Source: Myxococcota bacterium (GTDB lineage: Bacteria; Myxococcota_A; UBA9160; SMWR01). From it: 64,000 bases of DNA. Positions 17,894 to 26,623 of the stretch are shown here, in pieces (positions within the stretch are counted from its first letter, which is position 1; every line of letters begins with the position of its first letter). The notes under the pieces are model-generated. The model worked only from the letters and a program-made list of their open reading frames with translations. It searched no databases and was not told the origin of the DNA. The DNA is taken from positions 16,274-80,273 of the forward strand of contig JAKVBI010000019.1 of the NCBI GenBank assembly GCA_022447545.1, given 5' to 3'. Made by a program: the position numbers and the translations under genes.

Positions 17894-19941
17894 AGCGCCA
17901 CCATTCCGTAGGATTTGACGTTCACGGTGTTGGGGATCTCTTCTAACGAGATCACGTTGAGCTGCGGAATCATGCGCTCCATGAGTTGACGAACATGTCG
18001 CCGCAGTTCGGGTGCACACAAGAGAACGGGGAGGATGTCACCGGTCAGCATCTTCTGGACGTGCGTTGCCGTCTGTGTGATCAATTGCTCGGCGAATTTT
18101 GGGTCGACTGCAAGGCTTCCACCTCGTTCGTTCACCGTGACTCCGGCCGCGAGTGTTCGCTCGACTTCGGGATCCAGAACCAGAACGTGCAGCTCACCCG
18201 AAGAATTCATCAGGGGTTCGCAAATGGAAGCCGCCAACTTCTTCCTAACCAATTCAGTTACGAGGTTGGGGTCTTTGGTCTTTGTTCCCTCGTCGATGAG
18301 AACTTCGAGGATCAGGTCGAGATTCCGAATCGGGACGTTTTCGTCGAGAAGACCCTGAAGAACCTTCTGGATTTCTGAGTAGGTCATGACCGACGGGACG
18401 AGTTCGTCGACAAGTCCGGTGTTTCTCTTGCGAACGCCCTCGACGAGTTTTTCGACGACACTGCGTGTTAAGAGCTTCGAGACGTGTCGTCGAAGTACAC
18501 CCGTGATATGGGTCATGAGTACTGTAAGCGGCTCGACCACCGTATAGCCCGCTGCGCGTGCGCGATCGCGCTCGGACTCGAGGACCCACACCGCCGGCAG
18601 GCCATAGGCTGGGTCCGTCGTTTCCAGACCTTCGAGTTTGGACTTGGCGTTTCCCGGATCGATCGCCAGATGGCGATCGGGCAGGATCTCGGCTTCTGCG
18701 AGCTTTGCTCCGAAAAGGTTGAGTTGATAGGCGTGGGCGCCGAGCGTACGGTCGTCCTTGACTCGAAGGGGCTGCATCACCACGCCCATTTCCATGGCAA
18801 ACTGCTTCCGGAATGCTTTAACCCGTTCCATCAAGAGGCTGTCCTCGCCTCCGACCAGCGAGATGAGGGCCTGTCCAACTTGAAGTTCGATGGCATCCAC
18901 TGTGAGCAGGTCGTAGATGTCCTCGGATTCGTCTGCGGCTTTGCTCGTTTCGGTTTCTGCGGCTTCTTCGATGTCTGCATCCATCGAGCCTGCACGCCGC
19001 GCTACCCAGGCCAGGGTTCCGACCACACCCAGGAGCATCAAGACGGGAAATGCGGGAATCCCGGGGATGAATAGGGTCACGAACAGAGCACAGGAAAGAA
19101 TCCCGAGGATCTTGGGATAAGAGGTGATCTGCCTGGAAATCTCTGCGCTCAAATAGGTATCTGAAGCGGCCCGCGTGACGATGATTCCCGTGCCAGTGGC
19201 AATGACGAGTGCGGGAATCTGTGTGACGATTCCGTCGCCGACTGTGAGCAGGGTGTAGGTCCGAAGAGCTTCTCCCCAATTCATCCCCAATTGGGCGATG
19301 CCGATCGTCAAGCCGCCGATGATGTCGATGAGAACGATGATGATTCCGGCAATCGCGTCGCCCTTGACGAATTTGCTGGCGCCGTCCATCGCTCCGTAGA
19401 AGTTGCCCTCTCTCTCGATCTGGCGTCGTCTCTCCCGGGCCTCGTTTTCATCGATCAAGCCGATGTTCATGTCCGCGTCGATGCTCATTTGTTTGCCTGG
19501 CATCGAATCGAGCGTGAAACGAGCTGCTACCTCGGCGACCCGTTGTGCGCCGTTGGTGACCACGACGTACTGGACGACGATCAGAACGATGAAGACGATC
19601 ATTCCAATCACGTAGTTCCCGCCGACCACGTGCTCGCCGATCGATTGAATGACCCTCCCCGCATCGGCATCACTGAGAATCAGACGAGTCGCAGATATGT
19701 TCAGAGCGAGGCGGAAGAGTGTCGCGATCAGCAGGAGAGAGGGGAATGTCGAGAACTCGAGTGGCTTCTTGACATAGAACGTCAGGAGCAGGATGAGAAA
19801 CGCGAAAGAGAAATTGGTGATCAGGAGGAAGTCGAGAAGGCCCGACGGAATGGGAAGAAAGAGGACCGACAGGATTCCGGTGACTGCGAAAACGAGGACG
19901 AGGTCCGTCTGATTGCGCATTCGCATTGCGAAGGATTCCAT
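17890..19941 (-). CDS. flhA: flagellar export gate protein FlhA
   Basis: 683 aa. FlhA signatures VVGGNYVIGMIVFIVLIVVQYVVVTNGAQRVAEVAARFTLDSMPGKQMSIDAD and FVKGDAIAGIIIVLIDIIGG. Confidence 0.97.
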   Translation of the reverse strand: MESFAMRMRNQTDLVLVFAVTGILSVLFLPIPSGLLDFLLITNFSFAFLILLLTFYVKKPLEFSTFPSLLLIATLFRLALNISATRLILSDADAGRVIQSIGEHVVGGNYVIGMIVFIVLIVVQYVVVTNGAQRVAEVAARFTLDSMPGKQMSIDADMNIGLIDENEARERRRQIEREGNFYGAMDGASKFVKGDAIAGIIIVLIDIIGGLTIGIAQLGMNWGEALRTYTLLTVGDGIVTQIPALVIATGTGIIVTRAASDTYLSAEISRQITSYPKILGILSCALFVTLFIPGIPAFPVLMLLGVVGTLAWVARRAGSMDADIEEAAETETSKAADESEDIYDLLTVDAIELQVGQALISLVGGEDSLLMERVKAFRKQFAMEMGVVMQPLRVKDDRTLGAHAYQLNLFGAKLAEAEILPDRHLAIDPGNAKSKLEGLETTDPAYGLPAVWVLESERDRARAAGYTVVEPLTVLMTHITGVLRRHVSKLLTRSVVEKLVEGVRKRNTGLVDELVPSVMTYSEIQKVLQGLLDENVPIRNLDLILEVLIDEGTKTKDPNLVTELVRKKLAASICEPLMNSSGELHVLVLDPEVERTLAAGVTVNERGGSLAVDPKFAEQLITQTATHVQKMLTGDILPVLLCAPELRRHVRQLMERMIPQLNVISLEEIPNTVNVKSYGMVAL

Positions 19942-19946
19942 GAGCG

Positions 19947-21038
19947 TCAGGCCTCCACCGAGGCCGAGCGGGATGGCGCCCTGGCTGCAAAGACGCGCGC
20001 GAGGATCCGCGCTACGGAGGCGTAGTGTTCTTCGGAAATGGCTTGATCTACCGAGACGCTACGGAACAGGCCGCGTGCCAGTGTTTTTTCCTCGACAATG
20101 GGAACTCGGCTTTGGCGGGCAATTTCCCGCATCTTCGCAGCGTGATCTCCCGCTCCCTTGGCAGTGACGATCGGTGCCGCCATTTCACCTCGTTCATATC
20201 GAAGTGCGACGGCGAGATGGGTTGGGTTCGTGATGAGTACGTCCGCATCGGGAACTTTCCTGATGGATCCAGCTCGTTGAGCCGCTTCGCGCTGAAGTTC
20301 CCGCATTTTTGCGCGCACGTGAGGGTCTCCCTCGCGGCGCTTTCTTTCTTCTTTGATCTCTCGGTGGCTCATTCGCAACTTTTTTGCGTATTCGAACCGT
20401 GTGTAGAAGAGGTCGATCAGAGCCACGAAGACCAATGCCAGCAGGAGCTTTGCCGCGAGCCCACTCGCAGTGGAGAGCAGAGCAACCGGATACACGACCG
20501 GGTCCTTGTCCATCATCGTCTGCAAATAGGGAAGGAGCGCTTTGATGGCGAGATAGGCGATGCCCGTGAACAGCACCATTTTGAAGAGCGTCTTGCCGAT
20601 CTCGTACAGGATCCGCACGTTGACGAACTTTTTGAGGTTCTTGCTCGGGTCGAGCCTCTTGAAGTCGGGTTTGAGCGGCTTGCTCGAGAGAACAGGGCCT
20701 GTTTGTACCAGGTTCGCAAAAACCGCCACGCTCATGACACATGCGCCCACGAACCAAAAAATGGAACTGAGCTCCGTCAATACGCCGGAGAAGAAGGGGG
20801 CGATGACTCCCGATTCCAATGGCACGCTGCCAGCGCTGGCAAGGAGTTTGCGGGAAAACGCGAGATCGCGGGCCACGAGTTGGGAACCCATGGCATAAAC
20901 GAGGATCAGCCCCATCCCCAACACCAGAAGCGAGTTCACTTCGATGCTCTTGGAGACCTGCCCCTGACGCTTGGCCTCTTCGAGCTTGAAGGGGGTCGCG
21001 GGTTCCGTTCGATCCTGTTCTTGCTGTCCGTCTGCCAT
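19947..21038 (-). CDS. flhB: flagellar export switch protein FlhB
   Basis: 363 aa. N-terminus EQDRTEPATPFKLEEAKRQGQVSKS. Autocleavage motif in DVLITNPTHLAVALRY. Confidence 0.95.
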   Translation of the reverse strand: MADGQQEQDRTEPATPFKLEEAKRQGQVSKSIEVNSLLVLGMGLILVYAMGSQLVARDLAFSRKLLASAGSVPLESGVIAPFFSGVLTELSSIFWFVGACVMSVAVFANLVQTGPVLSSKPLKPDFKRLDPSKNLKKFVNVRILYEIGKTLFKMVLFTGIAYLAIKALLPYLQTMMDKDPVVYPVALLSTASGLAAKLLLALVFVALIDLFYTRFEYAKKLRMSHREIKEERKRREGDPHVRAKMRELQREAAQRAGSIRKVPDADVLITNPTHLAVALRYERGEMAAPIVTAKGAGDHAAKMREIARQSRVPIVEEKTLARGLFRSVSVDQAISEEHYASVARILARVFAARAPSRSASVEA

Positions 21039-21041
21039 GGG

Positions 21042-21806
21042 TTACCCGATCACCGCGTCCCAGTAGGTGAAGATGGATGTATAGATTCGCTCGTATAGGG
21101 GGCCGGCCTGGGTCAACGTGATCGCGAGAACGGACAGGCCGACTAGGACCTTGATGGGAATGCCAAGAATGAACATGTTCACCTGAGGCATCGTGCGACC
21201 TGCGACCGCCATGGCAGTGTCGATGAGGAGGAGCGTGAAAATGGGTGCCGCGACGACTGCGATCCCGAAGGTGAACATCGCGCCGAATTGGGCAACGACG
21301 AGGCCGACGTCGAAATCCGCCAGCCCCTGCCCGGGGGGAATGCGGGAAAGGGAGTACGCGAGCCCACGGACCAAAAGGTGATGTCCATCCACCAGGAAGA
21401 AGGTCGTGACCGCTGCGAGGTTCAGGAGGGTACCGAGGAGGGGGGCGGCTGCTCGGGTCGCAGGATCAATGAGGTTCGCGACCCCAAAACCGAGTTGAAA
21501 GTCGAGGACACGCCCTCCCAGAAGAAATGCCCCGAACGTCGCGGCAACTCCAAAAGCCAGCAGTCCACCCGTGAGAATCTCGAGCGCCGCAGACCTGAAC
21601 AACCAAGCCAGTGAGAGGTCGGCAGGAATGGACTCCAGGTTCATCCCCAGGGTCAGCATGAAGGCGAGCCCGAGAGTCATCATCACCTGGATCCGGATGG
21701 GGACTCGCGTCATGGCGAAGACCGGCGTGAAGAGCATCACGGCACCCACCCGGATCGAGACGAGCAGCACGACGACCCAGAATTGTGCATCGGCAGTGAT
21801 GTCCAT
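21042..21806 (-). CDS. fliR: flagellar export gate protein FliR
   Basis: 254 aa polytopic protein between fliQ and flhB. FWVVVLLVSIRVGAVMLFTPVFAMTRVPIRIQV is FliR-like. Confidence 0.9.
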   Translation of the reverse strand: MDITADAQFWVVVLLVSIRVGAVMLFTPVFAMTRVPIRIQVMMTLGLAFMLTLGMNLESIPADLSLAWLFRSAALEILTGGLLAFGVAATFGAFLLGGRVLDFQLGFGVANLIDPATRAAAPLLGTLLNLAAVTTFFLVDGHHLLVRGLAYSLSRIPPGQGLADFDVGLVVAQFGAMFTFGIAVVAAPIFTLLLIDTAMAVAGRTMPQVNMFILGIPIKVLVGLSVLAITLTQAGPLYERIYTSIFTYWDAVIG

Positions 21807-21821
21807 CTCAGCACAGCAGCC

Positions 21822-22088
21822 TCAGAAGTAGGAAGGGATCTCAGAGATGACCTGTGTCGCAAAGCTGGTGAGCTTCTCGAGCATCCAGCCGCCAAAAGCA
21901 ATCAGGACGAATGCCACCGTCACGATCTTGGGTACGAAGGTGAGCGACATCTCTTGGATCTGCGTGGCTACCTGCACCACGCTGACGAGAAGACTCACGA
22001 GGAGGGCCAGACCAATGACGGGTCCTCCTACCTGGATGGCCGTCCACAGCATCTGATTGCTGAGTACGAGCGCCAGATCGTTGCTCAC
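21822..22088 (-). CDS. fliQ: flagellar export gate protein FliQ
   Basis: The GTG at 22088 is preceded by GGGAG (GCGGGAGCCACAAGTG) and gives 88 aa. IGLALLVSLLVSVVQVATQIQEMSLTFVPKIV is the FliQ signature. The ORF maximum (TTG) is at 22103. Confidence 0.9.
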   Translation of the reverse strand: MSNDLALVLSNQMLWTAIQVGGPVIGLALLVSLLVSVVQVATQIQEMSLTFVPKIVTVAFVLIAFGGWMLEKLTSFATQVISEIPSYF

Positions 22089-22500
22089 TTGTGGCTCCCG
22101 CAACCCCCACCGGAAGCTTCAGAATGGTCTGGCGGCTCTCCAGCATCAATCGGACGGGATCGGAAATTCCTCGAATACGCGGAGAAATGTGTCAGCGATA
22201 GTGCGGAGTCAGCACCTCATGAAACCCGAACAGGCTCAGGCCAAACCCGAGTTGTAACGCGCAACTGAGCCGCAACTCCGTTGATAAAAGCCCGCTTGTA
22301 GATCACTTTTTGGTACCGATCAACGAATGGGGTAAACACCCTATTTCTTGGCCGTGGAAACCGCTGAATCTCGAATCCACATGTCGGCGGACACGACCAA
22401 AAAACGAAGAATTCGCCGCGAACTCGGTGGTGCGAGCCGGAGGTGTGCTTCCTCATACCTGGGAGCGTGAGCGGAAAAACAGGTGCAGCAGGCGCCTTCT

Positions 22501-22526
22501 GGGACCGGGATCCCACGGGCGGTCCC
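22501..22526 (-). terminator. candidate stem-loop downstream of the amidohydrolase gene
   Basis: Inverted repeat GGGACCG / CGGTCCC (7-bp stem, 12-nt loop) about 40 nt after the stop at 22564. A T5 run follows only about 20 nt later on the transcribed strand, so it is not a classical intrinsic terminator. Confidence 0.25.
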
Positions 22527-22563
22527 GCTGGTGCGCGGGACTTCGGTGAGTTCGAAGGGGCCT

Positions 22564-23703
22564 TCACCGGGTCAGGTCGTAGAAGCGAAAGGCGTTTTCA
22601 CCCAGAATCTGCCGCTGCTCGGATTCACTGAGACCCGTCATGTTGTCGCGCAACTCGGCCACCGCACCGAGCGAGGCATCGATGTGGGGGTAGTCTGAGG
22701 CCCACACGCAGAATTCCGGACCGATGCGATGAGCGATTTCCGCCGTCATGGTCTCGTCGGGATCGGCAGAGATCACGCACTGACGACGAAAGTAGTCGCT
22801 GGGTTTGAGGTTCAGAGGATAGGCGCCGGGTGCCATCTCGTACTTGTGGTCGAGTCGGTCGAGCCAGGCCGAGATCCAGTTCGAGCCCGCTTCGAGCACC
22901 GCGCAGCGCAGGCCTGGGAAGCGCTCGAACACGCCACTTGCCAGCATCTGGGTGAAGGCGGCCATGACATCGATGGCCAGGAAGGCGTGGTAGAACAGGC
23001 GGCTGCCGCCCTCCAGGGCCGGAACCCAGTCGGAAAAGAACGGCCGTTGGCGTACCACGACGTGAAAGGCGATGGGCATCGCCAGGTCCTGTGCCGCCGC
23101 CCAGAGGCGGTCGAATCCGGCATCGCTCAACTGCCGTCCACCCCGGGCTTGGAGATCCGGCGAGAGATAGATGCCTACGCAGCCATCTTCCCGTGCGCGC
23201 TGGGCCTCAGCCACCGCGAGGTCAGCGTCGAGGAGCGGAATGTGGGCGATGGGGTAGAGGCGGTCGGGTGCACTTCGGCACCAGTCGGCCAACCAGCGGT
23301 TGTAGGCTCGCGCGTAGGCGATCGAAAGATCCGCGTCGCGGACGATGTCCTCCCAGCACAGTCCGATCGTTGGGTAGAGGAGGCTCACGTCGATCTGTTC
23401 TTCGTCCATGATCGCAAGGCGACCGGGCACGTCATTGCCCCCGCGAGGGCATCCATCCACGTAGCTGTAACGCCCGGGGACGAACGACTCCTCGGCGGGA
23501 AGGTGGATGCCCCCCAGTGTTCCGAGCACGCCGCGCAACATCTCCAGGGGCTTCCCGTCGATGAGCAGCACTTCGAGACCCTGGGCGTCCTTTTCGATGC
23601 GAATGGCGCGATCGCGCCATTTGGGTTCCAGGTACTCCTGCCACAGGTTTTGGGGCTCGAGAATGTGTCCATCGATGTCGACCACCGGGGAATCCATGCT
23701 CAT
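22564..23703 (-). CDS. amidohydrolase-2 (PF04909-type) metal-dependent hydrolase/decarboxylase
   Basis: The ATG at 23703 is preceded by GGGAGA. VVDIDGHILEPQNLWQEYLEPKW at the N-terminus and CVWASDYPHID near the C-terminus. Confidence 0.8.
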   Translation of the reverse strand: MSMDSPVVDIDGHILEPQNLWQEYLEPKWRDRAIRIEKDAQGLEVLLIDGKPLEMLRGVLGTLGGIHLPAEESFVPGRYSYVDGCPRGGNDVPGRLAIMDEEQIDVSLLYPTIGLCWEDIVRDADLSIAYARAYNRWLADWCRSAPDRLYPIAHIPLLDADLAVAEAQRAREDGCVGIYLSPDLQARGGRQLSDAGFDRLWAAAQDLAMPIAFHVVVRQRPFFSDWVPALEGGSRLFYHAFLAIDVMAAFTQMLASGVFERFPGLRCAVLEAGSNWISAWLDRLDHKYEMAPGAYPLNLKPSDYFRRQCVISADPDETMTAEIAHRIGPEFCVWASDYPHIDASLGAVAELRDNMTGLSESEQRQILGENAFRFYDLTR

Positions 23704-23991
23704 GTTCGGTTCTCCCATCGTTGCGAGCCTCATCGGCGCCGAATGCGTCGATTGCAAGAGGCAGATCCCAGAGGGTGCTCTGCGCGCTCCTCGGCCAGGA
23801 GTCGAAGTGCCTGCCTTGGGATCATCTGCGGGTGACATCCCATGATGCCGGTGGGTTCGATTGGCGGTCAAGCCGGCCATCCATGGGTTTCATCGATGAG
23901 TGAATGAATTGGTTGAATGCAGCCGGGGCCGTAGAGATCAGCCCCTGTGGATCGGCTCCAATTCCAGAGTCGAAGCACCTACAATGCCGTC

Positions 23992-24846
23992 ATGTCAGCC
24001 GAAAGCGACCGTCCCAATGCGGCACAGATCGACTATTGGAACGGTCCGGCAGGGGATGCCTGGGTGTCCAATCAGGCCGAGATGGATGGAACCCTTGCGG
24101 GTCTCGTGGAGCCCCTTCTCGACGCTGCCGATCTGGCCGAGGGCATGCGAGCCGTGGACGTGGGCTGTGGATGCGGGGCGACCACCCTCGCGCTTCGCGC
24201 GCGCCTGGGCGATGGTGGTCACGCGACCGGTGTGGATGTCTCGGCAGCCATGCTGGCGAAGTCCCATGAGCGTGCCACGGCGGACGGCCTCGAAATCGAC
24301 TTTCTGGAGTCTGATGCCAGCGCTCACGCCTTCGAGCCCAACAGCATCGACCGCATCGTCTCGCGCTTTGGCGTGATGTTCTTCGACCGGCCTGACGAGG
24401 CGTTCGCCAATCTTCGCAGGGCTCTCAAACCCGATGGAAAGCTCGTTTTCTTCTGTTGGCAGGCCCGCTCCGAGAATCCCTGGATGACCCTTCCCATGGC
24501 AGCGATTCTGCCGATTCTGGCACCCGATGCGACGGCGCCGGACCCCTACGCTCCGGGCCCCTTCTCTCTTGGAGAGCGGGATCACCTCCGTGGCGTGCTC
24601 CAGCGCGCGGGCTTTGGCGAGATGAGCATCGATGACTTCGCTTATCCGATGAACATCACAGGCAGTCTCGACGACGCAGTTGCGTTTTACACTCAGCGCG
24701 GCCCTGTCCAGAGCCTTTTTCTGGAAGCCGATGCAGACGCTCGCATGCGGGTTCTGGCGGTTTTGCGCGAGATTCTCGCCCCTCATCACGATGGCGAGCG
24801 CGTCGCTCTCGAGGGCAACACCTACCTGGTGACTGCTGCGCCATGA
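23992..24846 (+). CDS. class I SAM-dependent methyltransferase
   Basis: Motif I VDVGCGCGATTLAL. The start is taken at MSAESDRPNAAQIDYWNG (ATG 23992). The ORF maximum is 23947. Confidence 0.8.
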   Translation: MSAESDRPNAAQIDYWNGPAGDAWVSNQAEMDGTLAGLVEPLLDAADLAEGMRAVDVGCGCGATTLALRARLGDGGHATGVDVSAAMLAKSHERATADGLEIDFLESDASAHAFEPNSIDRIVSRFGVMFFDRPDEAFANLRRALKPDGKLVFFCWQARSENPWMTLPMAAILPILAPDATAPDPYAPGPFSLGERDHLRGVLQRAGFGEMSIDDFAYPMNITGSLDDAVAFYTQRGPVQSLFLEADADARMRVLAVLREILAPHHDGERVALEGNTYLVTAAP

Positions 24847-25397
24847 CTGCAAGGGACAGCGCACGCGACCAAGCGCGAGAGAAGTGGCAGCATCGCGGGG
24901 ACGGCCGCCCTGCCTTCGCCGTGGATCCGGGTCCGGGTCGGGAGTCGGTGTGGGATTATCCGCGGCCGCCACGGGTCGAGCGCGACTCCCGACGCGTGGA
25001 GGTGCGTACCGGAACGGTCCTACTCGCCGATACCGTGCGCTCGTTGCGCGTGCTCGAGACGGCGAGCCCGCCAACCTTTTACCTGCCGGTCGAGGACATT
25101 CAGCGCGAGCTCCTGCTTCGCGCTCCGGGTCGCAGCGAGTGCGAGTGGAAGGGAACTGCGAGCTATTGGGCGTTGGCGAGTTCCGAGGAGTCGGAGCAGG
25201 CGATCGCCTGGAGCTATGCCGCTCCACTCCAGGGATTTGAGTTGATCGCCGGCCACATGGCCTTCTATCCGGGGAGGGTGGAGTGTCGGTTGGCCGGCGA
25301 GCGAGTTGAGCCCCAGGCAGGCGGATTCTACGGGGGTTGGGTGACTTCCGAGATCGTGGGCCCCTTCAAGGGCGAGTCGGGAACGGGTCGCTGGTAG
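24843..25397 (+). CDS. DUF427 domain protein
   Basis: 184 aa. LETASPPTFYLPVEDI...SECEWKGTASYW...AWSYAAP...GHMAFYPG is the DUF427 pattern. ATGA overlap with the methyltransferase stop. Confidence 0.75.
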   Translation: MTARDSARDQAREKWQHRGDGRPAFAVDPGPGRESVWDYPRPPRVERDSRRVEVRTGTVLLADTVRSLRVLETASPPTFYLPVEDIQRELLLRAPGRSECEWKGTASYWALASSEESEQAIAWSYAAPLQGFELIAGHMAFYPGRVECRLAGERVEPQAGGFYGGWVTSEIVGPFKGESGTGRW

Positions 25398-25433
25398 ATC
25401 GAAGCGCTGGTTGGCAAGGAAAGGAGGAGTCCC

Positions 25434-26075
25434 ATGGAAGATCGTACCCACGCAGGGTTGTATCTCGAAATGACTGACGAGACCCCGGAGGTCTATGCCG
25501 AGAGCCGTTTGCGCGAAGTCCTCGGCTGGCCGGGCGTCGAGCGGGGCACCTGGTGGCGTAACCTCGTTCCAGGCCGGACAGAGTTTCCGCGCACGCTGCC
25601 GGAGTTCGCCACACTCGCGGTGTACGAGGTGGGCGAAACCTTTGCGCCCATGTCACCAGGAGCCGAACGAAGCCTCACATTTCGCCGCACACCCCGGCCG
25701 GGCCAGGGCAATCTCAGTGGCCAACCCACTCTGGGCCTCGAACTCGTTCTGATCAGCCCCAGAAATCCCGGCGGTGCGCAGGCCCTGCGCGACTGGGCGG
25801 ACTTCATCCACATCCGCGAAATCGCGGCCTCCAGCGCGCCGGGGTTCACCATGATCACGCCGTATGAAAATGCGGGGGAGGGAGAGCCGCGATTCATGCA
25901 CTTCTACGAGATGGACACCGCGGATGCAGAGAAGGCGTTTCAGGGGATGGCCCCCGCCACCCAGGTCAGGGTGGGAGCTCCGGGAAGTCCGGAATACGAT
26001 GAGTGGGCCAACCATCCGGAGCTGAGAATCAACTACGTGAACACCTTCACGCGGATAGGCGAGGCGATTGCTTGA
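25434..26075 (+). CDS. hypothetical protein
   Basis: 213-aa ORF with high GC3. No family recognised. Confidence 0.55.
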   Translation: MEDRTHAGLYLEMTDETPEVYAESRLREVLGWPGVERGTWWRNLVPGRTEFPRTLPEFATLAVYEVGETFAPMSPGAERSLTFRRTPRPGQGNLSGQPTLGLELVLISPRNPGGAQALRDWADFIHIREIAASSAPGFTMITPYENAGEGEPRFMHFYEMDTADAEKAFQGMAPATQVRVGAPGSPEYDEWANHPELRINYVNTFTRIGEAIA

Positions 26076-26212
26076 ACCCATCCGCGCTCATGGGCTCCTG
26101 GCCCCCCGGGCGTGGGTCGCGAGGGTTTGTGGTAGCTTTTCGCCATGGCCAAGGGGAGTTCGGGCACTCGCTGCGCGCGTGATCTGACATTCAACCCCCG
26201 CCGTTCGATCGC

Positions 26213-26623
26213 GTGACCATGCGGGCGGTTGCGCTGTTCGCCATTGCGGTGTTCGTGGTGATTTCGGTAATCGCCACCTCACCCCATGGCAGCAGTGTGT
26301 TCTGGTTCGTGAACGAGATTCCCGGCGCGGACAAGACGGGGCACTTCATCGTCATCGGGCTGGTGACACTTCCGGTCGTTCTGGGGTTCTCCTCCGCCCG
26401 GGTGTTTGGCCATCGCCTTGGATCCGGCCTGTGCCTGCTGCTTATTGCCGTGGTGGTGACCTTCGAGGAGTTCTCTCAGCAGTTGCTGCCCTATCGCCGC
26501 TTCTCCCTGGTCGACCTGGCCTTCAGCTACGCGGGACTCGCCGTTTTCGGGGCCATTGCGGCCTGGATCGATCACGTTCGCAATCGGCGCCGCTCCGTTC
26601 AGCTCGATCGCAGCAGCTTGTAG
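26213..26623 (+). CDS. VanZ-like membrane protein
   Basis: 136 aa, 4 predicted TM segments. ADKTGHFIVIG ... EEFSQQLLPYRRFSLVDLAFSYAG matches the VanZ-like pattern. Confidence 0.6.
   Translation: MTMRAVALFAIAVFVVISVIATSPHGSSVFWFVNEIPGADKTGHFIVIGLVTLPVVLGFSSARVFGHRLGSGLCLLLIAVVVTFEEFSQQLLPYRRFSLVDLAFSYAGLAVFGAIAAWIDHVRNRRRSVQLDRSSL

Noticed and set aside
19291-21098. Long plus-strand ORFs (244 aa, 357 aa) opposite flhA and flhB. Similar antisense ORFs occur at 23995..25227, 29277..30167, 37114..38340 and 61302..62096.
   Set aside because: All lie antisense to genes with unambiguous motifs and have low-complexity or biased composition. They are treated as shadow ORFs.
22296-22320. Possible sigma-54 promoter (CGGTACCAAAAAGTGA on the minus strand)
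   Set aside because: GG is present, but the -12 element reads TG rather than GC at the required spacing. It does not fit TGGCAC-N5-TTGC.
22217-22567. 116-aa minus-strand ORF in the fliQ upstream region
   Set aside because: It has no recognisable domain and biased composition, and it would overlap the stop of the amidohydrolase gene. It is more likely non-coding leader.
23798-23982. Direct repeat GAGTCGAAG-NN-CCT at about 23799 and about 23967, between the amidohydrolase and methyltransferase genes
   Set aside because: Only about 12 of 15 positions match and there is no symmetry. This is compatible with chance in a 290-nt region.
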